DNA from: Promethearchaeati archaeon
Lineage (GTDB): Archaea > Asgardarchaeota > Heimdallarchaeia > Heimdallarchaeales > Heimdallarchaeaceae
Reading direction: 5' to 3'
Assembly (NCBI GenBank): GCA_013166775.1
Contig: JABLTJ010000012.1
Coordinates: 1-64,000, forward strand
Length of the DNA stretch: 64,000 bases
The translations under genes and the position numbers were made by a program. Below the pieces are notes generated by a model. The model worked only from the letters and a program-made list of their open reading frames with translations. It did no database searches and had not been told where the DNA came from. Position 1 is the stretch's first letter; the number at the start of each line of letters is the position of its first letter. Positions 48,379-59,186 of the stretch are shown piece after piece.

Positions 48379-49845
48379 TTATGATATAATTAATGACCTA
48401 AATTTATTGATCCCTCTGTTAATGTTAGATTTTATCTGTTCACTTCCATATTTTGAAAATATAAAAAGGATTCCAATTGTTGCAAAAACCGCTAGAATTA
48501 AGATCAGACCTATTAGATATGTTCCTCTTGAAAGCATTGTGAAGTAGATGGAAACTATGAATAGTTGTAAGATTGTCGTACTGAAGCCTATCTTCCAAAA
48601 GGTTTTCATTTTTATTGGTCGGTTATTTTGTTCAGCTATGTTGAGAACTAGTATATTATCTCCTAAAGGTGTCAAATTATCTCCCCAGTTTGCTCCGAAA
48701 GAAAGGGCATAGTAATAATCATTACTTGGTGACATGATTCCAACAACAGGTATCAAAATCTTAGTTATAGGGATATTATCAATCATTGAGCTTAGGAATG
48801 CTGAAACCCAAATAACAAGTATAAGTTGAAATACGGGATTATTTGCTCCTAATCCTTTTAGTAAATTTCCGATTAAAGCAACGATTCCAACAGCTTCTAA
48901 TCCCCCAGCTAGAACAAATATGCCTAGTAGATATAGAATAAGTTCAAGATCAAATCTCTTAATTATTTCTTTTGGTTTGAGTCCTAGAAATGCACTGAAA
49001 ATTGTTAATAACATTGCTACACTCATCGCGAATATATCTATAGGTACTTTATCTGAAGGGATAACTGGACCAATGAGTATGAATCCGATAAATAATATTC
49101 CTAAACTACTCATTGAAGCATATAACAATCGTCGACTTTGAACGAAGTTCCACACATTAAATTCATCTAAGGTTTCAATCAATTTTCTTCCAGGATCTCT
49201 GAATTCTTTTCTATATAGAAAGATGAAAAATGTAATTGTTATTCCAGCAGTTAAAATCGAGAATAAACCTACATTTACAAAGAATTCATTGAATTTTATG
49301 TTAGTTTCAGTTACAATTAAAATGTTTGGTATTGATGAAATAGAAAAGAAAGTACCTCCAATATTAACCATGATTGCTTCAGTGATAATATACGGCGTTG
49401 GATCTATTTTTAGAATACGTGAAATAGTAATTGTCAATGGTATTAGAATCATAACTGTTAGAATATTATTGATAATTGCAGAGAAGAAAACTGAGATTAT
49501 ACACAGAATGGTCATCAGTGCTATAGGTTTCCCTTTTGATAGTTTAATTGCTAGAACACCAAGAAATTGAAAAAGCCCCACTTCGTCAGAAATTTGTACA
49601 ATAAACATCATCCCCAGTATTAGTATAAGTGAGTGTAAGTTAACAAACCCATCATCAGGAGTTCCAAACAATAAATCCACAATAACAGAAAAATTTTTTT
49701 TCTCAATAAAGGTCAAGACAAAATAGGTGATAACTGCAGCTGTTATAGCAGCAACCGCTCGATTTAATTTATCTGTGAAAATTAGAACAATGACAGCAAG
49801 GAAACATAAAGATATAATAATCTGACTCGCTAGAATTTTTGGCAC
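48379..49845 (-). CDS. SLC13/ArsB/NhaD (P-protein-like) permease
   Basis: SAIINNILTV, NIGG...SIPNIL, SSMIDNIP, GANWGDNLTPLG. Confidence 0.85.
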   Translation of the reverse strand: MPKILASQIIISLCFLAVIVLIFTDKLNRAVAAITAAVITYFVLTFIEKKNFSVIVDLLFGTPDDGFVNLHSLILILGMMFIVQISDEVGLFQFLGVLAIKLSKGKPIALMTILCIISVFFSAIINNILTVMILIPLTITISRILKIDPTPYIITEAIMVNIGGTFFSISSIPNILIVTETNIKFNEFFVNVGLFSILTAGITITFFIFLYRKEFRDPGRKLIETLDEFNVWNFVQSRRLLYASMSSLGILFIGFILIGPVIPSDKVPIDIFAMSVAMLLTIFSAFLGLKPKEIIKRFDLELILYLLGIFVLAGGLEAVGIVALIGNLLKGLGANNPVFQLILVIWVSAFLSSMIDNIPITKILIPVVGIMSPSNDYYYALSFGANWGDNLTPLGDNILVLNIAEQNNRPIKMKTFWKIGFSTTILQLFIVSIYFTMLSRGTYLIGLILILAVFATIGILFIFSKYGSEQIKSNINRGINKFRSLIIS

Positions 49846-50021
49846 CTTTATCTAATTTTCTCATTTAATTCCAAGACTAGTTGCTTTTTATGCAATTTCT
49901 AACCGATGATTTGTCTTTGTAAGTAATTTCAAAACTACAATTATAAAACAGTTTTGTCATCTTGTTACCTCAAGTGGATAAGTCATCAACTTGAACTACA
50001 TAGAAAAACAGTTATTTTATA

Positions 50022-51884
50022 TTAAGAGAAGATTTCTTGTGCCCATTTTTCCATAATGTCACTTTTTTCTTTTTCCAGATATCTACCTGTAAGAATAGTA
50101 TGACCAAAATATTGCATAAATGAAGAGGATACTAATTTACTAGCGAATGTTTCTACTTTCTTTCTTGCTGAATAAGATGAACCCTTGAAAGCATAACATA
50201 CTATGATATTTTCAATATTCTGAAAGATAAGAAGATAGTTTTGGTGCTCAATTCGTCTAATTAAACCTTCAGTCGCGAATATTTCTTGAACAATGTTATT
50301 TATCGCAGATAAGAAACCAGATAGAAGAACCTGATCTACTTTTGTATCATCACCAAATTGCATCGAAAATAACGGAATACCATTTTCATTCAAAATAATC
50401 AACATAACAGGTATATCATTTTCTATTTCGTCAAGCTCAAAAGTGGCTCTATTTATCATATTAAGTACTAAGTTATCTATTTTTGATTCCTTAATTCTAT
50501 CAGCAAGACTAACATTTTCTTCGATTAAATTCTTCCATTTATTCACTTCTGAAAGCAAATTATCATGGTCATTCGAAATTCTTCTAGCTAAGTTTTCTAA
50601 ATCCTGTCCTTCAGCAATTGCTTGAGCTTGCGATAAGAATCCACTAGCTTTACCTATATCTGTATCAAGCAAAGCTAGCCTCCCCTTTAGCCAGTAAACT
50701 TCTGCAAGTAGAGATTTAGAAAATTGTTGCTGAGCAATTTTCAGTATCTTATTTGTCAATTCCTCAAGATCTGAAAGGATAGTTCGATTATCGGTGAATC
50801 TTAATTCATGTAATAGAATTTCACAGAGATTTAACATTGCATGAACATTGATTTCTTGATATACTAGATTTCTCTCAATTATACTTTGAAGAATTTCTTG
50901 AGCTCTCCCTAAACTGTAGAATCTATTAATTTTGCGGAGTAATATTGCTTCAGATAAAATCGAATAGTAAAAAATCATTGTTCCGGAATGTTCTTTACTG
51001 GTTTTTTTTGATAATTCAAGATATTTCTCAGCTTCAGCAAACTGATTCTTATTTGATAGAATATTAATTAGATAATAGGAGGATTCAACAACAGTGAATT
51101 TGAAGTTTATTTCTAGAGATCTTGCCAAGCTTTTGGAAAAATATTCTAAAGCATTATCAAGATCACCTTTACTATAATATACAATCCCCACATTATTGTA
51201 AGTAATCGCCATTCCATATATATTACCAAGTTCTTGGTGATAAATCAAAGCAGTATTGTAGAATTGAAGAGCTTTACCAAAATCTCCCTTGAGTCTGTAA
51301 ATCTCTCCAATAGCCACGTTACACTTCGCTACAATGATGCTATTATTCAGTGCTCTTCCTTTTACCAAACTCTGTTCAAGTAATAACATAGATTCTTGTA
51401 AACTTCCTTTGAATGTCAGAATCTTTCCTTTACGATATAAACATTGAGCATAGAGATCATCATTCTTTGTAATTTTGGATAAAATGAGACACTCATTTAA
51501 GTATTCCAAAGATTTTACCAAATCAACGAAACAGAAAACAGATCCTTTTTGAAATAAGATTTTGGCAGTAATTTCCTTTGAAGAAAGAGAATTAGGATCG
51601 TTAATTTCCTTTGTTGCAAGGTATTCTGCTTTCTCAATTATAAGTAGACTATCTTCAAATCTACCCTGTTGCCAGAGAGATTCAATAATGTAACAGTAAA
51701 AATCACATTTTTGTTCGAGTGATAAGAATTTCTCTTCGAAATTGTTAAGAATTTGTTGAGACAAAATAATGCTTTTTTCAAAAAATCCAAGTTGAGTGTA
51801 GATACGTGATTTTGATAAAGCTAATTCAACCAATGAACTATCAGAGATGTCAGGAGTCTCCTCTAAACGATCTATTTCATCCAA
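50022..51884 (-). CDS. TPR-repeat protein with C-terminal longin-like domain
   Basis: TPRs (NNVGIVYYSKGDLDNALEYF); C-terminal ILNENGIPLFS...LLSGFLSAINN...IRRIEHQNY; frame open further upstream to 51953. Confidence 0.82.
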   Translation of the reverse strand: MDEIDRLEETPDISDSSLVELALSKSRIYTQLGFFEKSIILSQQILNNFEEKFLSLEQKCDFYCYIIESLWQQGRFEDSLLIIEKAEYLATKEINDPNSLSSKEITAKILFQKGSVFCFVDLVKSLEYLNECLILSKITKNDDLYAQCLYRKGKILTFKGSLQESMLLLEQSLVKGRALNNSIIVAKCNVAIGEIYRLKGDFGKALQFYNTALIYHQELGNIYGMAITYNNVGIVYYSKGDLDNALEYFSKSLARSLEINFKFTVVESSYYLINILSNKNQFAEAEKYLELSKKTSKEHSGTMIFYYSILSEAILLRKINRFYSLGRAQEILQSIIERNLVYQEINVHAMLNLCEILLHELRFTDNRTILSDLEELTNKILKIAQQQFSKSLLAEVYWLKGRLALLDTDIGKASGFLSQAQAIAEGQDLENLARRISNDHDNLLSEVNKWKNLIEENVSLADRIKESKIDNLVLNMINRATFELDEIENDIPVMLIILNENGIPLFSMQFGDDTKVDQVLLSGFLSAINNIVQEIFATEGLIRRIEHQNYLLIFQNIENIIVCYAFKGSSYSARKKVETFASKLVSSSFMQYFGHTILTGRYLEKEKSDIMEKWAQEIFS

Positions 51885-52057
51885 AGCTTCTTGAAATTTA
51901 GATGTCGAGATGAATGATTGAATTATTTTCAGTTTTTCTTGTTCTACGGAGAATTAAATCACACTCACAGTTAACAATTAGTATTAAGCATATAAGGAGT
52001 CAAATAAATATGTTTCATTTGAGGCTAGTAAAATGAAAAAGAATAAATTAGATGAAA

Positions 52058-53803
52058 TTATTTCTTTTTGTTATCTTTGATCATTAGATATTCCTTTACT
52101 ATGCTTTCTAATTCCTTTTTTGTGATTCTACTATCTTCCTCGATTTTCCCATCCAAGAGTCTGATATGTCTAAAACCTGGACGAAGCAGAGATAAATCGT
52201 GAGAACAGACAACTACAGTTGCTTTATTTATTCGTACAATATCCATGAGGAGATCCATGATTGTTCGAGCTAGTTCACTATCCATATTTGCAGTTGGTTC
52301 GTCAGCTAAGATGACTATTGTTTTTCGAGATAAAGCAGCAGCTAGAGTAGCTCTTTGGATTTCACCTGCTGAAAGCTCGTTTGGATATGAATCAAGCTTG
52401 TGGTCGATGTGACATTCTTTCACAATAGAATTACTATATTCCACATCATACTTTTCACCAGAGAAGAGATTCGGGATAAGTAGATTGTCCTTAACTTGTA
52501 ATGGATCAAATAGATTGTTGTGTTGTGATATGTAAGCAATGTTATTTAATCTGTAGAGTGAAACCAAGCTTTCTTTCTCTTCTGTTATCGGAAACTTACT
52601 CACCTTAATTGTACCTTCATTAGGTTTTATCAGTCCTGCTATAAGATTAAGAAGTGTAGTTTTACCTACACCAGAAGGACCAGACAAGAAAACAAAGTCT
52701 CCTTTGTCGATATTTAGGTCAATTTTCTGAATAACTTCATTGTAACCAGCTTCAGATTTATATCCTTTTGAGAGACCTTTTATTCTTATGAGTGGTTGAG
52801 CTTTCTTAGGAGGAATAAATTCTCTACTTAAAATGGCTTCGACATCTTCAAATTTGACTCTCTCTATTTGTTCTTCTATGTCTTCAGCAGGACTGGTTAA
52901 TAGATTGTAAATTTGATCTCGAGTGATGATTTCTGGATTCCAGAAGAGACCCATTTTTTTCGAAGGGTGCATATCAAATTCTATTATATCACTCAAAGCT
53001 GCTATTGATTTTATTTCATCAGGTATTCTGACAAAATTTGAGGGATCAATGTAAGCTTTATTAATCTCAGAAGAGTGCATCAGAAATTCTAATTGATCTC
53101 TCCCCATATCTCTACTGATACCTGCTAATCGTCCATCTCTTAATATGAAACTTTTTTCGAAGATTGTTCTGTAGCGAATATCATGTGTTACAACAAGAAT
53201 AGTTGTACCTAATGACATGTTTACTTGCTTGATTGTCTCAATCATTTCACGAGTGTGTTGACTGTCCAATTGCCCTGAAGGTTCATCTGCCAAGATAATT
53301 TCAGGTTTTTTAGCAAGAGCTACTCCCAGAGAGAGTCTCATTGCTTCTCCTCCAGATAACTTTGCAACAGTATTATTCTTGACATGTTCTAAGTTCAGTA
53401 GTTTAATTAGCTCATCAACTTCTCTGTTCGATTGCTCTCTAGGTAGGTAGAAGATTTTCTTAGGGATAAGTAAATTCTGTCGTACACTTAGATGAGAAAA
53501 GAGATTTTCACTGATGAATTGATTAATCATTCCAACACTATAAAATCTGAACTCTCGTCTTTCATACTCATTCAGCTTGTCAAATCTTTGATCCTTAATG
53601 TATAATGCACCACTAGTTAATTCATCGACTCCAGCTATCATATTAATTAGGGTGGTCTTTCCTGAGCCACTTGGACCGATAATACTTACTAGTTCTCCTT
53701 CCTTTATGTTAAGATTAAGCCCTCTTAAAGCTGCAACTGAAACTTCTGTAACAGAATCTTGGTAGATTTTTATTATATCTTCGCATCTTATCATCTTTAT
53801 CAC
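52058..53803 (-). CDS. Tandem LolD/MacB-like ABC ATPase (two NBDs)
   Basis: GPSGSGKTT/LSGGE/LADEP/THD and GPSGVGKTT/LSAGE/LADEP/SHD. Confidence 0.9.
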   Translation of the reverse strand: MIKMIRCEDIIKIYQDSVTEVSVAALRGLNLNIKEGELVSIIGPSGSGKTTLINMIAGVDELTSGALYIKDQRFDKLNEYERREFRFYSVGMINQFISENLFSHLSVRQNLLIPKKIFYLPREQSNREVDELIKLLNLEHVKNNTVAKLSGGEAMRLSLGVALAKKPEIILADEPSGQLDSQHTREMIETIKQVNMSLGTTILVVTHDIRYRTIFEKSFILRDGRLAGISRDMGRDQLEFLMHSSEINKAYIDPSNFVRIPDEIKSIAALSDIIEFDMHPSKKMGLFWNPEIITRDQIYNLLTSPAEDIEEQIERVKFEDVEAILSREFIPPKKAQPLIRIKGLSKGYKSEAGYNEVIQKIDLNIDKGDFVFLSGPSGVGKTTLLNLIAGLIKPNEGTIKVSKFPITEEKESLVSLYRLNNIAYISQHNNLFDPLQVKDNLLIPNLFSGEKYDVEYSNSIVKECHIDHKLDSYPNELSAGEIQRATLAAALSRKTIVILADEPTANMDSELARTIMDLLMDIVRINKATVVVCSHDLSLLRPGFRHIRLLDGKIEEDSRITKKELESIVKEYLMIKDNKKK

Positions 53804-56800
53804 TCCAGATTCCTTGGTGTAAACCTCACAAAGTTTATTTTCATTGCTACAAAGAAAATTAAATAGAACAGAATAGGTATTCCCAGAAATATCAGTAACA
53901 TTGCTGGATAGGGATAAGGAATAACATAAGGAATTGATGAGTATGTAAAACTCAACATCAAAAATCCTGTTAATCGAACTAATCCGTAACCTGCTACTCC
54001 ACCAAGAAGCAAACCAGGGAGGATTGCAGAGATTAGAAGTTCTAATCCTGTCATGAGAATAATATTATTTGAAGGGATACCTATTTTTTTCAAGACATCA
54101 TGTTTAATAATACGTTTTTGCAAAATCTTGATTGGATTACTTAGACTTGTAAATATAATTGCTACCAAACAGATTAGAATTCCAAAAACAAATTCAGCTG
54201 TCATCAACGAATAGAATGGAAAATCTCTGATCAACAATGTATCAGCTTCTTCTTCTGTTGATTCCACATTTATGTTGAGATCCTTCTCAAGTTGTTCTGC
54301 AAACTTAATTTGATTTATCGTTGGTTTCAATTTAATTAATAATCTATCAATTGTATTCCCTTCGTATTCATGAGTTGACTCATTAAGTTTCTTGTAATTT
54401 TCCTTATTAGTTACAAAATAATAATCACTGGGAAGGAGTGATTCTTGTTCATCATAAAAAATCGGATAGAGGTTAAAAGTTGAGGAAATAGTAAATGTAA
54501 ATTCTGCTGATCCATTTGAAAAAGTATAACTAGATTCTTCTCTAGATACAAAGTTGAAAAATGCTCTTGAGACCATCATGGTATCTAGTAAGTCTGTTTC
54601 TTGAACTCTATCGTTCCAGTCCTCGAAGATGTACTTCGGTGGTTTGAATGCTGATGATAGATAATCATTAATGTTATTGTAGACAAGAGTATATAATGAC
54701 GTATAATAATAGAAATTATGATATACAGAGATATTAGATATGCTATCAATTTCATTATAAAGATTTAATTTACCCAATATGCTGGAAGTATCAAGATCTT
54801 GCCAATTACTAATATATAGATCACTTCCTCCATGAAGTAACGTTTCGTTTTGAATCTTAGTTTGGATTGCTATCGGTGACAAAATGAATGGCATTATTAC
54901 TCCTATAATGATAACGTAAGTTAAAAAAGTGTTATTGAATAAATTGATATCAGAACGTACATCAACTAGAGAAAGAGAAAATTTGGTTTTCTTTATTCTC
55001 CAAGATATTTTACTTAGAACAATCATTAGAATTTTATGAAGATCTTTCATCAATAATCCGACGCCAAGTAGAGCAACCATTACTCCTATACCCATAAGAT
55101 AAATGAAGATTAGAGCAAAACTTGCAATGCCAGGGACAGCGAAACCAAATGCAAACATACTAAATAACCAGATACCTATTCCAGCTATTATCCCTCCAAG
55201 AATGATAATAAAGATGTGATTTAATCTAAGTATTTTAAGTAATTTAACTAGTCTTCTTGGAGTTTTTTGTATTTTCTTCTCAGCTTTTGACATACGAACT
55301 ATTCGTGGAAACGAAATTAGTATTAAAAGAATCAAAGTTATACCTACTGAGAGAGGAACACTAGTGAAACTTATTTTTGCGGGTGTTTGTTTAAATTCAA
55401 GAAACTTGTCTACCCTTATTAATGGAGGTAAAAGAGCTAGAGTTATTAAAAATCCAATTAGAGCTGAAAGTATTGCTTCTATTGTTTTCATAGAGAGATA
55501 AATGAAGGAGATATTACCCGTTGATAATCCCTTGGATCTTAAGATTCTTATTTCTTGTTCGAAACTTAATCCAAATAATTCATTCACTTCGAAAATTAGA
55601 AACCACGCTAGATATATAATTGGTACTAAGATAAAGAGGACAAGAATTTGAGCTGTTGCTAAAGTAGATTCTATACCATAAAATGCATATAAGAATTCAT
55701 TATTAATTATCCAAATACTTTGAGGGAGATGAGAAAAACTGTAAGGACTTCTGCTTACCAAAGTATTCAGTTCTTCATTCAAAACTGAAATTTCATTTGG
55801 AGAAATATCTGAAAAATCATAGGAAAACTGAATATTACCTAGTATATAAAGAGAAGAACTTGTTACGTTTTCATAAGTCTTGAAGAAATAATCCACAGGA
55901 TTTAATGCAATATTGTGATTAGTTAGGAAATTAACAGGATCTTTAGGTAGATTAAGTTCTTTACATAATGAGATCAAGACTGAATAACTGGGAACACTAA
56001 TTATTCCCTTAATTGTCAGATTGTTGTCAGAAAATGGCAAATCAATAATTTCACCAAGTTGAAGATCAAGTAAATCTTGAAGATATGAAGAAATGAGAAT
56101 ATCTCCACTATCAGTTGGAAGATTACCTTCTTCAAGCAAGGATTTTAGAAGTGGATTATAGCTTTCTGTATATGCATGATTTTCTATATAATCATCCAGA
56201 CCTACTTGAATTGACAAAGATGAACCTAAAGAATAATAATATCCTGTGATTATTCTAGAAAACAAAACTGTGTTTCTCTCTATTGAATTTACTATTTCTT
56301 CTATCGCCATTTCTGTTATGTTCTTGGTTAAATCACCTATGGTTACACCTATAGAAGGTATACTGAAATATACTGATGAAGTACCGTTATCATATATATC
56401 ATAATTAGAAATATAATCAAAAACTAAAGAATTTCTTTTTGAATCATAAAGACTTGCGCTTGCAATAATTATTGTTGCTAGGATAGTAAACCCAAGCAAA
56501 TTGATAACCAAACGTTTCTTATTAGTTCTCCACAGCACAAAAATCAAACTTGAAGCATTTAGAAAGAATAACCAGATATTAGTAAATACAAGTTTTGCTT
56601 TTGAAACATCAGCAATAATGGGTCGAAGTAAGAAAGCTTTCAGTTTCTTAATACCTCTGTTTATTCTTTTGTGAAAGATTGCATAAGTAAGACCAAAAAC
56701 TGCAATTGGGACTGCCAATGCGTACCAATATTTTAACCAAAAATATGCAAATGCAGAATAATTCTTAAGACCAAATAGTAATGGTTGTTCTGGGTAAAAA

Positions 56801-58062
56801 ATAGAGAGATCAGAATACAGATTCATTGCAATTACGAACTTACCTAGAAAATGAAAATTGGAAATTTGCTTAGTGCTCAAAGATGATGTATAGCTTACGA
56901 GATAAGACCCGTTTTCAAAAACATATGCAGATGCTGAATAAAACGAATATCTTACTACTCCCCTTTCAAGAGTAATTTCTTCAGCAGATAAGGTATTTTC
57001 TTCTTCTGTTATGATTGTAATTTTCCCAGTAACACTATAGTCATACCCATATCTAGATGCATCCTCAATATAGTATACATCACTGAATTCATCAAATACA
57101 TAGTAAGTAGCATTCTCATAAGAATGTACATGATATTCACTCATATAATACTTTTCAAGAGCTATAGACGTAAAAGATGATTCAGATATTGTTTCATTTA
57201 TATCGAATTCAGCGGTATAAAAACTTCCATAGGACACGAAAGAAATATGGAATTTGTTATCAGATCCAACAGCTAAATCTGATTCGAACCAGTCCATTTC
57301 AAGTGTGATAGAGGTAGAATTATAATAACTCTCTACCTGATATCCGGTACTAAATCCAACTACAGTAAGAGTCATATTATAATGATCTTGACCATAATTA
57401 GAAAACTGAAGTAATCCAAATAACTCTCCATTCATAATTGCTAAGGAGCGTAAATAATATGGGGAAAATGGTAACTCATAATTCTTGTTTATTACTGAAC
57501 CATTTGGATAGATTGCTCTATGATAAATAATTGAGTTGGCTTCCCAATTCTCGTCAACATACAGAAGATGAATGGCATCGTCTTCTACAAAGAAATAAGC
57601 AGATTCATGATACTCTTGAGAAATAAAGATTGAAGATATTTCAGAGTTTTCTTCAGTCCATTCATAGAGTCTTAAGATTGTACCGTAATGTTGACCACTA
57701 AGTGAATAGAAGAGATAAATCCCATCCCCTACAGTTCTAGCTTCAAAAGTATAAGAAGCATAATAATCGCTTTCAATGACTCTTTCAATTTCATCATTTA
57801 CAACATGTAAGATAACAAATGAATAATTAAAATAACTAATCTGAACAAAGTAATGAGTCCTATCCTCAGAATCAAGCAAAGCTCTTGTTTGTATCCAACT
57901 TATATCATCAGAGCTTTTTGTATACATTATTGGTTGGTCAGTAACAACATCGGGGAGAGCAAAAGAATTTGTGGAACTTAGAAAAGTCATAAAGATAACA
58001 ATTGCCAGAGCAACAGTAAGAATTTTTTTCCTTCCAAGTTTTAACATTACCATGGTTATCAC
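53800..58062 (-). CDS. Very large FtsX/MacB-like ABC permease with N-terminal extracellular domain
   Basis: EIRILRSKGLS and VLKKIGI FtsX-type motifs, many TMs, signal peptide; ATGA overlap with the ATPase gene. Confidence 0.8.
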   Translation of the reverse strand: MITMVMLKLGRKKILTVALAIVIFMTFLSSTNSFALPDVVTDQPIMYTKSSDDISWIQTRALLDSEDRTHYFVQISYFNYSFVILHVVNDEIERVIESDYYASYTFEARTVGDGIYLFYSLSGQHYGTILRLYEWTEENSEISSIFISQEYHESAYFFVEDDAIHLLYVDENWEANSIIYHRAIYPNGSVINKNYELPFSPYYLRSLAIMNGELFGLLQFSNYGQDHYNMTLTVVGFSTGYQVESYYNSTSITLEMDWFESDLAVGSDNKFHISFVSYGSFYTAEFDINETISESSFTSIALEKYYMSEYHVHSYENATYYVFDEFSDVYYIEDASRYGYDYSVTGKITIITEEENTLSAEEITLERGVVRYSFYSASAYVFENGSYLVSYTSSLSTKQISNFHFLGKFVIAMNLYSDLSIFYPEQPLLFGLKNYSAFAYFWLKYWYALAVPIAVFGLTYAIFHKRINRGIKKLKAFLLRPIIADVSKAKLVFTNIWLFFLNASSLIFVLWRTNKKRLVINLLGFTILATIIIASASLYDSKRNSLVFDYISNYDIYDNGTSSVYFSIPSIGVTIGDLTKNITEMAIEEIVNSIERNTVLFSRIITGYYYSLGSSLSIQVGLDDYIENHAYTESYNPLLKSLLEEGNLPTDSGDILISSYLQDLLDLQLGEIIDLPFSDNNLTIKGIISVPSYSVLISLCKELNLPKDPVNFLTNHNIALNPVDYFFKTYENVTSSSLYILGNIQFSYDFSDISPNEISVLNEELNTLVSRSPYSFSHLPQSIWIINNEFLYAFYGIESTLATAQILVLFILVPIIYLAWFLIFEVNELFGLSFEQEIRILRSKGLSTGNISFIYLSMKTIEAILSALIGFLITLALLPPLIRVDKFLEFKQTPAKISFTSVPLSVGITLILLILISFPRIVRMSKAEKKIQKTPRRLVKLLKILRLNHIFIIILGGIIAGIGIWLFSMFAFGFAVPGIASFALIFIYLMGIGVMVALLGVGLLMKDLHKILMIVLSKISWRIKKTKFSLSLVDVRSDINLFNNTFLTYVIIIGVIMPFILSPIAIQTKIQNETLLHGGSDLYISNWQDLDTSSILGKLNLYNEIDSISNISVYHNFYYYTSLYTLVYNNINDYLSSAFKPPKYIFEDWNDRVQETDLLDTMMVSRAFFNFVSREESSYTFSNGSAEFTFTISSTFNLYPIFYDEQESLLPSDYYFVTNKENYKKLNESTHEYEGNTIDRLLIKLKPTINQIKFAEQLEKDLNINVESTEEEADTLLIRDFPFYSLMTAEFVFGILICLVAIIFTSLSNPIKILQKRIIKHDVLKKIGIPSNNIILMTGLELLISAILPGLLLGGVAGYGLVRLTGFLMLSFTYSSIPYVIPYPYPAMLLIFLGIPILFYLIFFVAMKINFVRFTPRNLE

Positions 58063-58319
58063 TTACACTATTATAAATCTAGGTTAAAATATACTAATAA
58101 ACTCTAAAAGATAATTGTGTATTCATTAACACAAATGGATTAGGATTCATTATTCCTACAACTTCTTACTCTAAGAAAATGCATCCTTTGATTCTAAAGC
58201 AAATTCTTGAAATTAATTTTAGGGGTTCAAAACTATATTTTCACACAAAATCTTATAATCAACTATCACATCTCTAGTAAAAATCTTTCTCTTTCAAACG
58301 ACTAGGAGAGGTTTATAAA

Positions 58320-59129
58320 ATGAGTAAAATTATCAATGATTTTCGTCATTATCCTAAATGGATAAAAAACATCATGAATAGATTTATGCATAGATTATTG
58401 TTGTCAAAATATGACTATTCCGATTTAAAATTCTTAAACTATGGGTATGAAAACTTAGATTCTGAAAGAGAAGATCTTGAATTAGAGGAAGATGATGAGT
58501 CGGAACGTTATTGTCTTCAACTCTATAATCATACTATAAGTGGAGTTGATCTTAAAGGGAAGGATATCTTAGAAGTTGGAAGTGGACGTGGTGGTGGTGC
58601 ATCTTTTATTACACGTTACTATGATCCAAATTCGTATATTGGTCTAGATCTTTCAAAAAAATTGATTCGTTTTTGTAATAAGAACTGCAATCTGCCAGGT
58701 CTTTCATTCGTCTACGGTAACGCTGAGAACCTCCCATTTGATGGTAATTCATTTGATGCTATAGTGAATATTGAATCTTCTAGAGATTATTGTAATGTTG
58801 ACATTTTCTTGACTGAAGCATACCGAGTTCTTCGTCAAGGTGGCTTTCTACTTTTTGCTGATTTGAGAACAGTTGAAGGCAAAGAAATATTGAAAAATCA
58901 AATCAATGAAGCAGGTTTTGATATAACAGAAGAAGAGGATATTACAAAAAATACACTGAAAGCTCTTGATTTAGATTATAAAAGAAGATACAAATTAGTT
59001 GACGACAAAGCTCCTCGTTTTCTGGAAAAACTAGGAAAAGAATGGTCGGGTCTTAGGGGTACAGAGAGATATGAATCATTTGCAGAGGGTTCTTTGATTT
59101 ACCTAAGATATTTATTAAAGAAACCATAA
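58320..59129 (+). CDS. Class I SAM-dependent methyltransferase (FLNYGY lipid O-methyltransferase-like)
   Basis: FLNYGY, LEVGSGRGGG, GNAENLPF..SFDAIVNIES, RVLRQGG. Confidence 0.88.
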   Translation: MSKIINDFRHYPKWIKNIMNRFMHRLLLSKYDYSDLKFLNYGYENLDSEREDLELEEDDESERYCLQLYNHTISGVDLKGKDILEVGSGRGGGASFITRYYDPNSYIGLDLSKKLIRFCNKNCNLPGLSFVYGNAENLPFDGNSFDAIVNIESSRDYCNVDIFLTEAYRVLRQGGFLLFADLRTVEGKEILKNQINEAGFDITEEEDITKNTLKALDLDYKRRYKLVDDKAPRFLEKLGKEWSGLRGTERYESFAEGSLIYLRYLLKKP

Positions 59130-59186
59130 ACTATGAATTATATTTTAAGTATAATTTTAAGAATTAAAAAAAAGAAATAAAGAGAA

